From Alphaproteobacteria bacterium (GTDB taxonomy: Bacteria; Pseudomonadota; Alphaproteobacteria; TMED109), in assembly GCA_046582425.1 (NCBI GenBank), contig JAYGEJ010000042.1, forward strand, positions 1 to 31,814: a DNA stretch of 31,814 nucleotides, read 5' to 3'. Numbering within the stretch: position 1 is the stretch's first letter; each line of letters begins with the position of its first letter. Positions 1-10,410 of this stretch are shown piece by piece. The position numbers and the translations under genes were made by a program. Below the pieces are notes generated by a model. That model was given only the letters and a program-made list of their open reading frames with translations, was not told the origin of the DNA and did not search any database.

Positions 1-1402
<1,402 letters not shown>

Positions 1403-1406
1403 TTAA

Positions 1407-3098
1407 TCATATATTTTTATTTTCCTGGAATAAACTTTCTGCAGCTTTTCGTGCAGCATCTGTTATTCTTTCTCCAGATAACATTCTTGCTATTTCTTCC
1501 AAGCGCTCATTATAATTTAAATTATTTATACTAGTAGAAGAATAACTATTTTTATTACTCTTATTAACTTTAAAATGGTTTCTTGACCTTGCAGCGACCT
1601 GAGGGTGATGTGTTACAGCTAAAACTTGGTTATGTTTTCCAAGTAATTCAAGCCTTTTTCCAATTGCATCTGCTACCGCTCCTCCAACCCCTGTATCAAC
1701 CTCATCAAATATTAAAGTTTTTGAATTAATATTTTCATGTTCTGAAATTAAAGATACTTTAATTGCAAGTATTATTCTTGATAGTTCCCCTCCAGATGCA
1801 ATTTTAGATATAAAGTCAAACCCTGAACCCTTATTAGTTTCAATTTTAAAAATAACTTTATCTATACCATTTGATTTCCAATTATTTTCATCCAATATGT
1901 TTAGTGAAGTATCAAACTTAGCACTTTCTAGCTTTAATATAGGAAACTCATTATTTACAAATTTTGATAATTTTATAGATGCTTCATATCTTAATTTAGA
2001 TAATTTCATAGCACTTAATTTATACTTATTTCTTAATTTATTAATTTCATCTTCAATTTTCATTAAATCTTTATTTGAATTTTCTATACTATTTAATTTG
2101 TTTTCAAACTTATCTTTAAGAGAAAGGATTTCTTTTTCATCTACATTATGTTTGCGGGCAATTCTTTTAATCAGAGAAATTCTATTTTCTATTGCATCTA
2201 AACTTAAATTAGTTTCATCAACGCTCTCTAGACACTCATCTAAAATAGATTCTGTTTCTTTAAGTTCTATAATGGTTTTTTCTAATGCATCATCTAATCT
2301 ATTAAATAATTCTTTATTAAGTGATAAAATTGCTAAAATTTGTTTTCTTGAAAGGCTTAAACTTTCATAAATGCCATTTGATTGAACGTCCCCCTTTAAT
2401 AAAAAATTAATATGAGTTAAGCTTTCCTTTATTTTTTCTATAGACATTAAATAGTTTTTATTTTCTATTAATTTATTAATTTCATTATCTTTTAGTTCTA
2501 ATTGAATAATTTCTTCTAAATCTTCTAATAAATGATTTTTATTACTTTCAAATAGTTTCTTTTTTGCCTTATATTCATTAAATAAATTTACTTTTTCTTT
2601 ATATAAATTGTGTACCAATGATAAATCCTTTGTATACTTTGATAGGTTTCCCCAATCATCTAAAATATTTATATGGTTAGAATTTTCTAATAACCCTGAC
2701 TGATCATTTTGCCCATTAACTTCTATTAAATAATTAGTAATATCTTTCATAAAATTTAGGGATATTGGCTCGTCATTTAAAAATGACTGACTTCTGCCAT
2801 TAGACAATATTTTTCTTCTAATAAGAATTTCATTTTCAAAGATTATACCATTATTTTTTATTAAACCTACTACTTCATGTTCTTTATTTACAGTAAATAA
2901 AGCAGATACAGTTGCCTCATCCTTACCTTTTTTTATTAGTCTTTTTTCGGCTCTTTTACCTAGAATTAAGTTTATAGCATCTACTATTATAGATTTACCT
3001 GCACCTGTTTCTCCAGTAAGAACCGTAAAACCTTGTTCAAAATTTAATTCCAGTTTTTCTATCAAAACTATATTTTTTATAGATATATAATTTAACAT
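1407..3098 (-). CDS. recN: DNA repair protein RecN (SMC-like ATPase)
   Basis: Walker A GETGAGKS, signature ASGGELSR, Walker B/D-loop LIFDEVDTGVGG, VTHHPQVA, central coiled coil. Start placed at ATG 3098 (AGGT 8 nt upstream) rather than the track start 3146, which overlaps bamD. Confidence 0.96.
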   Translation of the reverse strand: MLNYISIKNIVLIEKLELNFEQGFTVLTGETGAGKSIIVDAINLILGKRAEKRLIKKGKDEATVSALFTVNKEHEVVGLIKNNGIIFENEILIRRKILSNGRSQSFLNDEPISLNFMKDITNYLIEVNGQNDQSGLLENSNHINILDDWGNLSKYTKDLSLVHNLYKEKVNLFNEYKAKKKLFESNKNHLLEDLEEIIQLELKDNEINKLIENKNYLMSIEKIKESLTHINFLLKGDVQSNGIYESLSLSRKQILAILSLNKELFNRLDDALEKTIIELKETESILDECLESVDETNLSLDAIENRISLIKRIARKHNVDEKEILSLKDKFENKLNSIENSNKDLMKIEDEINKLRNKYKLSAMKLSKLRYEASIKLSKFVNNEFPILKLESAKFDTSLNILDENNWKSNGIDKVIFKIETNKGSGFDFISKIASGGELSRIILAIKVSLISEHENINSKTLIFDEVDTGVGGAVADAIGKRLELLGKHNQVLAVTHHPQVAARSRNHFKVNKSNKNSYSSTSINNLNYNERLEEIARMLSGERITDAARKAAESLFQENKNI

Positions 3099-3111
3099 TA
3101 AAAAATACCTA

Positions 3112-3978
3112 TTAATTTTTACTTTCAAATATATCTGTAAATTCATTTAAAATATCCATAAGTGAACCTTCTTTTTTATGAATTTCAGCTTTCTCTGATA
3201 ATAATATATTTTTTTCACCTTCAAATAGTGAATAAGTATATTTATACCATTTATTTTGAGGATAATTATGACCTAAAACTGAAGCATATACTTTAGCTTG
3301 CTCGTATAACCCCAACCTAAAATATGTCTCCGTTAAACGTGCTAAAGCTTCAGGCGCATGACTAGTTTTTGAGTAACTATCAACTACTGTTTTAAATCTA
3401 TTTAAAGCAGCAATATAATTATCCAAATTTTGATATGTACGGCCTACATCCATTTCTTTAGCAGCTAAGTGATCGTTAACTAAATCTAGTTTTAATTTAG
3501 CGTCTCTAGCATATTCTGAATTAGGAAATCTTTTAATTAAATTATTGAATGCCTCTTTGGCTCTATTTGTTAATGATTGATCTCTTCTATAATCATTTAT
3601 TTGTTCATAATAATTTAGTGAAATTAGATAAAAAGCATAATCTATATCGCTCGCTCCTGGGTGAAGCTCTATGTATCTTTTTGCTCCAGATATAGAATCT
3701 TCATATTGGTATAATTTATAATTTACGTAGGAAGTCATTAATTGAGCCCTTGTTGCCCATATAGAATATGGATGAAGTCTCTCTACTTCTATAAATTCTT
3801 TATATGCTTTCATATATTTATCATCATCCATATATTTCATAGCTGAATTATAAATTTCATCTACAGTTCTTTCTATATTTTCAGTCTGATTACTTTTAGG
3901 AGAATTAGAAGAACAAGAAATAGTAATAAATAATAAACTAAAAATTAAATATTTTATTATAGAAAAAAAATTATACAT
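3112..3978 (-). CDS. bamD: Outer membrane protein assembly lipoprotein BamD
   Basis: Hydrophobic N-terminus with lipobox-like ITISC, TPR-like helices, HPYSIWA, HLAAKEMDVGR, and the usual position upstream of recN. Start is ATG 3978 or TTG 3990. Confidence 0.92.
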   Translation of the reverse strand: MYNFFSIIKYLIFSLLFITISCSSNSPKSNQTENIERTVDEIYNSAMKYMDDDKYMKAYKEFIEVERLHPYSIWATRAQLMTSYVNYKLYQYEDSISGAKRYIELHPGASDIDYAFYLISLNYYEQINDYRRDQSLTNRAKEAFNNLIKRFPNSEYARDAKLKLDLVNDHLAAKEMDVGRTYQNLDNYIAALNRFKTVVDSYSKTSHAPEALARLTETYFRLGLYEQAKVYASVLGHNYPQNKWYKYTYSLFEGEKNILLSEKAEIHKKEGSLMDILNEFTDIFESKN

Positions 3979-4005
3979 ATAATTGCCCAAGTTATTATTA
4001 TTAAA

Positions 4006-4015
4006 AATTATAACA
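4006..4015 (-). promoter_or_regulatory. Putative extended -10 element (TGTTATAAT) for bamD-recN-ligA
   Basis: Minus strand reads TGTTATAATT, a TGnTATAAT match, about 28 nt upstream of bamD ATG 3978. The AT-rich background lowers specificity. Confidence 0.45.
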
Positions 4016-4065
4016 TAAGAGATTCATAAAATTTAATAAAAATTAAATATCCTTAATTTGATCCT

Positions 4066-4075
4066 TGTTATAATT
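4066..4075 (+). promoter_or_regulatory. Putative extended -10 element (TGTTATAAT) for the hisN-like/ETF-QO genes
   Basis: Plus strand TGTTATAATT, followed by a second TATAAT at 4075-4080, about 50 nt upstream of ATG 4124. Confidence 0.45.
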
Positions 4076-4123
4076 ATAATATCATGCAAATGTCCAAATT
4101 ATTATATTTAAATTAGGATTAAA

Positions 4124-4915
4124 ATGAAAAATAATCATGAAATATACTTGAAATTTGCTCATGAATTAGCAGATTCTATTGAAGATGAAATAAAAAGTTT
4201 TTTTCGTAAAACAAACAATTGGCAAATTAAGCCTACTAAAAATAATAGGCGCCCACAAATTGTTACGCAAGCAGATTCTAACTCAGAAAAAATAATGAGA
4301 AAATTAATTAATAAAACATTTCCAAATCATGGCATTATAGGAGAAGAATTAGGCGCTGAAAATGAAAATGCAGAATATGTTTGGATTCTAGATCCAATAG
4401 ATGGAACAAAAGCTTTTGTATCTGGATTGCCTGTTTTTGGTACAATGATAGGTTTAGTTAAAGATATGAAACCCATATTAGGTTTAATAGACCAGCCTAT
4501 TACAAAGGATAGAATTTGGGGAAGTTCGAAAGGAAGTTTTTTAAATGATAAGTTAGTAAAAACTAAAAATTTTAAATCAGTTAGTGAAACTATTTGTGCT
4601 GTTACAGACCCTGCAATGTTTCTTGAAAATGATCGAGATAAAGCTATATATAATTCAATATCTGATAAAACATTATATATTCGTCACGGAACAGATTGTT
4701 GGGGTTATGCTATGTGTGCTGCGGGAACTATAGACTTAGTAGTAGAAAAAGACTTGGAAATATGGGATATAGTTGCAGCAAGAGCTATTATTGAAGCTGC
4801 AGGAGGAATTGTAACTTCTTGGGATGGAAAGGAAGCTGCATCAGATAGATCAGTAATAGCTGCTGCAAATATAGAAACCTATAATTATTTTATGGATATT
4901 ATTGAAAAGCTATAA
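4124..4915 (+). CDS. hisN: Inositol monophosphatase-family protein, probably histidinol-phosphate phosphatase (HisN type)
   Basis: IMPase motifs GIIGEE, WILDPIDGTKAF, WDIVAA; DCWGYAM resembles the HisN-type motif; AGGA RBS. Family is secure, substrate is inferred. Confidence 0.7.
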   Translation: MKNNHEIYLKFAHELADSIEDEIKSFFRKTNNWQIKPTKNNRRPQIVTQADSNSEKIMRKLINKTFPNHGIIGEELGAENENAEYVWILDPIDGTKAFVSGLPVFGTMIGLVKDMKPILGLIDQPITKDRIWGSSKGSFLNDKLVKTKNFKSVSETICAVTDPAMFLENDRDKAIYNSISDKTLYIRHGTDCWGYAMCAAGTIDLVVEKDLEIWDIVAARAIIEAAGGIVTSWDGKEAASDRSVIAAANIETYNYFMDIIEKL

Positions 4916-4946
4916 ATAATTTTTATTCACATTGTATGAGGTTAAA

Positions 4947-6596
4947 ATGAGATCTGACAGAGAAAAAATGGAGTACGATGTAGTTATAGTTGGTGCAGGG
5001 CCAGCTGGTTTATCTTCAGCGATAAAATTAAAACAATTATCTAAAATTAATAATAGAGAACTATCAGTTTGTATTGTTGAAAAAGGACCAGAAGTAGGAG
5101 CACATATATTATCTGGCGCAGTTTTTGAAACAAGGGCTTTAGAAGAACTTTTTCCTAATTGGAAAGAGATGTCTCATCCAAAAATGTCCCCTGTAACTAA
5201 AGAGAAATTCATATTTTTAAATAAAAATAAAAGTATAAGGCTGCCTAATTTTTTACTTCCTAAAACAATGAAAAATCATAATAATTTTATCATAAGTCTA
5301 TCGAATATGTGTAGATGGTTAGCTGAGGAAGCGGAAAATCTGGGAGTTGAAATTTACCCAGGATTCGCAGCTAAAGAAGTTTTATTTGACGAAAAAGACT
5401 CTGTAATTGGCATTGCAACTGGTGATATGGGAATTGATAAAGATTATATTAAATCTTCTTCATTTGAACCTGGTATAGAGTTAATAGGAAAATATACACT
5501 ATTCGCAGAAGGATGTAGAGGACATCTAGGAAAGCAATTAATAAAGAAATATAATCTTGACGAAGGAAAGTCTCCTCAATCATACGGTATAGGACTTAAG
5601 GAAATTTGGGAAATAGACAGCAAACAACATAAAGAGGGAAGTATAATGCATTCAGCAGGATGGCCTCTTACTAATGAGGTATATGGAGGTTCTTTTCTAT
5701 ATCATATGGATAAAAATCAAATTTCTATTGGTTTTGTAATGGGACTTGATTATAAAAACCCTCATTTAAGTCCTTATGAAGAATTTCAAAAATTTAAAAC
5801 CCACCCAGAGATAAAAAAAATACTTAAAAATGGAAGAAGAATTGCCTATGGAGCGAGAGCTCTTAATGAGGGAGGATATCAATCATTACCAAAATTATAT
5901 TTTCCAGGAGGGGCTCTAATAGGTTGTGAAGCAGGAACATTAAATGTACCTAAAATAAAAGGAACGCACACAGCTATGAAATCAGGAATAGTTGCAGCAG
6001 AGATAATTGTAAAAAAATTAGATATAAACTCTGAAACTAATTTAGAATTGAAAGAATATGAGGATAATTTTTATAATTCGTGGGCAGGAATAGAATTGAA
6101 AAATGCAAGAAATTTTAGACCTGGGTTTAAATACGGATTAATACTAGGAACTATATTAGGTGCAGTAGATCAAAAAATATTTAATGGTAAAGTACCATGG
6201 ACTTTAAAGCTCAATCATGCTGATCACAAAGCTACTAAACCAGCCAGTCAATATCAAAAAATAAAATATGATAAAGCAGATGGTGTCTATAGCTTTGACA
6301 GATTAACTAATTTGTCATTCTCTGGAACAAATCATGCCGAAGACCAACCTTGCCATTTAGAACTTATAGATAAAGAGATTCCAATTAGTCATAATTTAAC
6401 AATTTATAACTCTCCTGAACAACTTTATTGCCCAGCTGGTGTTTACGAAGTAATCGAAGAGAATAATAATAAAAAATTACAAATTAATTCTCAAAACTGT
6501 CTACATTGCAAAACTTGTGATATTAAAGACCCTTCACAAAATATTAATTGGACTTCGCCTGAGGGAGGGGGAGGACCTAATTATCCGAATATGTAG
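4947..6596 (+). CDS. Electron transfer flavoprotein-ubiquinone oxidoreductase (ETF-QO)
   Basis: FAD motif VGAGPAG, GAHILSGA, RALNEGG, KIKGTHTAMKSG, and C-terminal 4Fe-4S ligands CPAGVYE...NCLHCKTCDIKDP. Start at ATG 4947 (GAGG 5 nt upstream) preferred over TTG 4932. Confidence 0.95.
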   Translation: MRSDREKMEYDVVIVGAGPAGLSSAIKLKQLSKINNRELSVCIVEKGPEVGAHILSGAVFETRALEELFPNWKEMSHPKMSPVTKEKFIFLNKNKSIRLPNFLLPKTMKNHNNFIISLSNMCRWLAEEAENLGVEIYPGFAAKEVLFDEKDSVIGIATGDMGIDKDYIKSSSFEPGIELIGKYTLFAEGCRGHLGKQLIKKYNLDEGKSPQSYGIGLKEIWEIDSKQHKEGSIMHSAGWPLTNEVYGGSFLYHMDKNQISIGFVMGLDYKNPHLSPYEEFQKFKTHPEIKKILKNGRRIAYGARALNEGGYQSLPKLYFPGGALIGCEAGTLNVPKIKGTHTAMKSGIVAAEIIVKKLDINSETNLELKEYEDNFYNSWAGIELKNARNFRPGFKYGLILGTILGAVDQKIFNGKVPWTLKLNHADHKATKPASQYQKIKYDKADGVYSFDRLTNLSFSGTNHAEDQPCHLELIDKEIPISHNLTIYNSPEQLYCPAGVYEVIEENNNKKLQINSQNCLHCKTCDIKDPSQNINWTSPEGGGGPNYPNM

Positions 6597-6601
6597 AATT
6601 T

Positions 6602-7372
6602 TTATTGGTCAATAGATTTCTTTTGAACAGTTCCATCAGGAAAGGTAATTATAACCTCACCCACAAAATCTCCATTTTTAAATATGCCTGATTGTCGAGT
6701 ATTATCAATATATACTAATTCTCCTGGTCCATTTCTAACACCATCTTTAAACTCCCCTTTATAGTAAGTTCCGTCAGGAAAAGTAAATATCCCTTCTCCA
6801 TTATAATTACCTTTTAAAAAATTCCCTTTATACGAACTTCCATCCTTAAAGATAATAGCCCCTTTGCCATGCATTAGATTATTAAAAAATTCTCCTGTAT
6901 ATTCATTTCCTTGCTCATAAATAATTTTACCAATGCCTGCAATTTTATCATTTATAAAATTACCAGAGTAAACTACACCGTCATTATATAAAATCTTACC
7001 TTTTCCCTCTTTTTTACCTTTTACAAATACTCCTTCATAAACTGACCCATTCTTATATTTTAATATTCCTTTTCCATGCATTAAGCCATCAAAAAAGTCA
7101 CCATTATAGTTATCACCATTATAAAATTCTAAAATACCCTTACCATCAAATTTACCTTTTTTAAAATCTCCATTATATTTTAATTTTTGGTTATCTTGAT
7201 TTTTTGCAGAAACAAAGATCCCTTTGCCTTCCATCTTTCCATCATAAACTTCACCTTGATATGTACTTCCGTCCTCAAAGTTTATGATAGTTTCTTCAGC
7301 TAATATTGATTTTACAACAAAAAAATTAAGTATAGTTATGTAAAAAAATAAGAATAAAGTTTTTATTAACAT
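6602..7372 (-). CDS. Exported MORN-repeat protein (about 9 repeats), function unknown
   Basis: Signal-peptide-like N-terminus (MLIKTLFLFFYITILNFFVVKSILA-EE), then ~23-aa repeats of pattern YxGxFxxGxxxGxG starting YQGEV, YNGDF, YNGDF, YEGVF, YSGNF, YTGEF, YKGNF, YKGEF, QSGIF. Confidence 0.88.
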   Translation of the reverse strand: MLIKTLFLFFYITILNFFVVKSILAEETIINFEDGSTYQGEVYDGKMEGKGIFVSAKNQDNQKLKYNGDFKKGKFDGKGILEFYNGDNYNGDFFDGLMHGKGILKYKNGSVYEGVFVKGKKEGKGKILYNDGVVYSGNFINDKIAGIGKIIYEQGNEYTGEFFNNLMHGKGAIIFKDGSSYKGNFLKGNYNGEGIFTFPDGTYYKGEFKDGVRNGPGELVYIDNTRQSGIFKNGDFVGEVIITFPDGTVQKKSIDQ

Positions 7373-7380
7373 TTTTATCT

Positions 7381-8307
7381 TTATGCTACTGCAAAATTAA
7401 TTTCTTCTATTGAACTAATAGTATTTTCTTCAACTATTTGATAATTACTATCATCACTAAATAGTTTCCATAAAAACTTATTATTTATATCGTGCCCTGC
7501 GCATTTTGCAACTACACTTCCTAATATTTGAAACCCTGATAAATAGAAGTCACCACACAAATCTAAAATTTTATGTCTTACAAATTCATCTTCAAAACGA
7601 AGTCCGTCATCATTCAATATTTTTCCTTTATCAACAACTATAGCATTATTTATTGATCCTCCTAAAGCTAAACCATTTTTATGCATATTTTCAACTTCAT
7701 TAAGCATACCAAAAGTTCTGGCAGATCCAATCTCTTTGTCAAAATTATCACCCATTAGAGTAACTTTCTTATTTTGTATACCAATTGCAGGATCGTCAAA
7801 ATCAATCTGATAATCTATGGAAAAATTATCTGAAGGAAACGCTATAATAGAGCTATTTTTTTGAAAAAAAGAAACTTTTTTCAAAATTTTTATAACTTTT
7901 TTCTTTGTAAACTGTTCTTTAATACCTACTGAATTAATTAAATCAATAAAGATCCTAGAACTTCCATCCATAATAGGGATTTCACTTCCCGATAATAATA
8001 CTTGGGCATTATCTATCTTTAATCCCATAAATGCAGCCATTAAGTGCTCTATAGTTTGAACTTTATTACCAACATTATTTGATATGGTTGTACCTAATTT
8101 TGTATCACATACATTCTCATATGTAGCTTTGACTTCTCTGTTAGCTGATAAATCTTGTCTAATAAAAGAAATCCCTGTATTTACTTCTGCTGGTATTATT
8201 TTAATTGAGGTTTTTTTACCAGAGTGAAGACCAATACCTTCACATACCACCTCTGAATTCAAAGTTTTCTGAAAACCTATATTAGTTATATTTAATGTGT
8301 CAGGCAT
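7381..8307 (-). CDS. lpxC: UDP-3-O-acyl-N-acetylglucosamine deacetylase
   Basis: GIGLHSG, TIEHLMAA, PIMDGSS, EFVRHKILD, AGH zinc/catalytic motifs. Start is ATG 8307 or TTG 8322. Confidence 0.97.
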   Translation of the reverse strand: MPDTLNITNIGFQKTLNSEVVCEGIGLHSGKKTSIKIIPAEVNTGISFIRQDLSANREVKATYENVCDTKLGTTISNNVGNKVQTIEHLMAAFMGLKIDNAQVLLSGSEIPIMDGSSRIFIDLINSVGIKEQFTKKKVIKILKKVSFFQKNSSIIAFPSDNFSIDYQIDFDDPAIGIQNKKVTLMGDNFDKEIGSARTFGMLNEVENMHKNGLALGGSINNAIVVDKGKILNDDGLRFEDEFVRHKILDLCGDFYLSGFQILGSVVAKCAGHDINNKFLWKLFSDDSNYQIVEENTISSIEEINFAVA

Positions 8308-8401
8308 AGCATATCTTCTCAAATTAAATAACTATTTATATCAATTATAGTTAGTAAAGAGAAATCAAATATTGTAACATTTGTAACAAAAATTAATTAA
8401 A

Positions 8402-9688
8402 TTAAAAGTTTTCTATAAACCAATTTTTAGCTTTTTGCAGATATGCAAAAATATTATTAGAATTTTTATTTTTCTTTAATAGATTCAAACTAATGTCATT
8501 AGTTTTCGTTATAGAGTAAATTACCAAACTACTTATAGCGGAGAATGAAGGACTTTTCATATTTTCAGGTAAAGCATTAATCTGTTTCGATTTAGCAAGT
8601 CTAGCTTTCTTTCCAAAAACTTTACTTGTAAAATCCAACAAACCTTCCATTTGAGATGTTCCACCAGTTATTACAACTCTATTAGCAATTACATTATTAT
8701 ATTTACTTTCTATAATAATCTCATTTATGGTATTAACTATTTCATATATTCGTGGTTTTATAACTGAAATTAAATCTCTTCTAGTAATTTCTATAGATTC
8801 ATTCTCTTCTCCTAAAATATCAACCTCAATTGTTGAAAGAGAATTTTCTAGCTCTTCAATTAATTGCCCATTTATTATTTTAATTCTTTCAGCATTTGCA
8901 AACGATAGAGAAAATATTCTTGATATATCATTAGTAACCATATTTCCACCTAAAGGAATAGATTTAGTATATAGAATAGAGCCATTATAAAAAATTGATA
9001 CAGAAGTTAACGTGGAGCCCATATCTATCAATGCCACTCCTAATTCTTTTTCCTCTTGAGAAAGCAAAGATATCCCAGTTGCATAAGGAGTATAAACAAT
9101 TTCATCAATTTCTAAATCACAATGTTTAACAACATTTTCTAAGTTTTTTAAAGTATTAGAATCAGAACTAATTATACTAATCTCAACGCCTAGCTTATCT
9201 CCAAACATCCCAATAGGACTCTTGACTCCCTTATTTCCATCTATAGAATATTGAAATGGTATTACGTGTAGTATAGACCTATTACCCATATTATGTTTTT
9301 CAGATAAAAAATTATATGCTCTATCTAAGTCTCCTTGACCTACAACAGCGCCTTTAAGGTCAATTTCTATATTTAAGTTTTCTATATTAATGTTCTCAGT
9401 GGAAAATCCTACAATGATATTTTTTATTCTCACTGATGCCATTTTTTCAGCACTAGCTACGCAATTTCTGATGGAATTCTCTAAAGCAATCATATCTGTT
9501 ATGACGCCTGAAACTAAACCTTTAGATTCCTGAAAACCAGCTCCTATTACAGAAAGAGTTTCATTTTTATCAATCTTTGCAATTAAACAACATATTTTAC
9601 TCGATCCTATATCTAACGCAGCTATAATAGGGCCTTTAGAAAAATAAGAGTAGTTAAGAAAACTAGATTTTACCATAATAAATTTCAA
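8402..9688 (-). CDS. ftsA: Cell division protein FtsA
   Basis: LDIGSSKI, LIDMGSTLT, PLGGNMVTNDI, VITGGTSQM actin-family motifs. Start is TTG 9688 (TTGA overlap with the ftsQ stop) or ATG 9676. Confidence 0.96.
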   Translation of the reverse strand: MKFIMVKSSFLNYSYFSKGPIIAALDIGSSKICCLIAKIDKNETLSVIGAGFQESKGLVSGVITDMIALENSIRNCVASAEKMASVRIKNIIVGFSTENINIENLNIEIDLKGAVVGQGDLDRAYNFLSEKHNMGNRSILHVIPFQYSIDGNKGVKSPIGMFGDKLGVEISIISSDSNTLKNLENVVKHCDLEIDEIVYTPYATGISLLSQEEKELGVALIDMGSTLTSVSIFYNGSILYTKSIPLGGNMVTNDISRIFSLSFANAERIKIINGQLIEELENSLSTIEVDILGEENESIEITRRDLISVIKPRIYEIVNTINEIIIESKYNNVIANRVVITGGTSQMEGLLDFTSKVFGKKARLAKSKQINALPENMKSPSFSAISSLVIYSITKTNDISLNLLKKNKNSNNIFAYLQKAKNWFIENF

Positions 9689-10410
9689 TCAATATTTTTA
9701 TACTTTATACTAATTCTATTTTTAATTCTCAAATCTATAAAAATTAAATTATCATAGTTTATATTATTATCTAACTCATATAAAGCATCCAGTGACTTTA
9801 TGGAATCAATATGAGGTAGCTTAATAAAGTATCCCTCTTTTAAATAAATATTCCACCTCCTTGAATCTATTCTTTCGACATTTATAACATCTAAATTCAA
9901 TAATTTTAGCTTATTCATGATTAAAGAAAGTTCATTAACTTTTAAAAGTGCATCTTTTCCTCTTAATTTAAATAAGTCAGGAAATTCATACGAATTAATT
10001 TCCTTAAATTTTATTCCATTATTATTAATTAAAAAATATTTTTCCTTTTTATCAATATATCTAACAAATGGAATATATTCAAAAATTTCAATTTCTAGTT
10101 GCCCTAAAGGAAGAATATAAATTTTACTATCTTGCACCCATGAAAGTTTATTTAAATTTTTTCTCATTTCATTCAGATTTATATTAAAAAGAGAGTCTCC
10201 TATTTTGACATTTAAAGCTTCAGTAATATTACTTTTATTCTCATTAACTCTTCCTGAGATATATACTTCCTTAAGAACATTATCTGAATATTCTGAAAAA
10301 ATTATTATTATATTCTCTAATTTAGAGATTAAGTAATTTTTTTTATATAAAATTATTAATAAACTTATAATAAATAAGAATAAAAATAGTCTTTTTAAAA
10401 ACAGTATCAA
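9685..10410 (-). CDS. ftsQ: Cell division protein FtsQ
   Basis: N-terminal TM helix, POTRA-like segment (NLNKLSWVQDS), RRWNIYL, C-terminal IDLRIKNR, position between ddl and ftsA. TTG start overlaps the ddl TGA. Confidence 0.9.
   Translation of the reverse strand: MILFLKRLFLFLFIISLLIILYKKNYLISKLENIIIIFSEYSDNVLKEVYISGRVNENKSNITEALNVKIGDSLFNINLNEMRKNLNKLSWVQDSKIYILPLGQLEIEIFEYIPFVRYIDKKEKYFLINNNGIKFKEINSYEFPDLFKLRGKDALLKVNELSLIMNKLKLLNLDVINVERIDSRRWNIYLKEGYFIKLPHIDSIKSLDALYELDNNINYDNLIFIDLRIKNRISIKYKNID

Noticed and set aside
1897-2370. 157-aa plus-strand ORF
   Set aside because: Antisense shadow of the RecN coiled coil; Ser/Leu/Phe/Ile-rich, with no motif or RBS.
8385-8404. Possible ftsZ excision scar: TAATTTTTGT after ftsA resembles TAATTTTGT after ftsZ, and AATTAATT matches the ftsL-side flank
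   Set aside because: Short, inexact and nearly all A/T; not distinguishable from chance without relatives for comparison.
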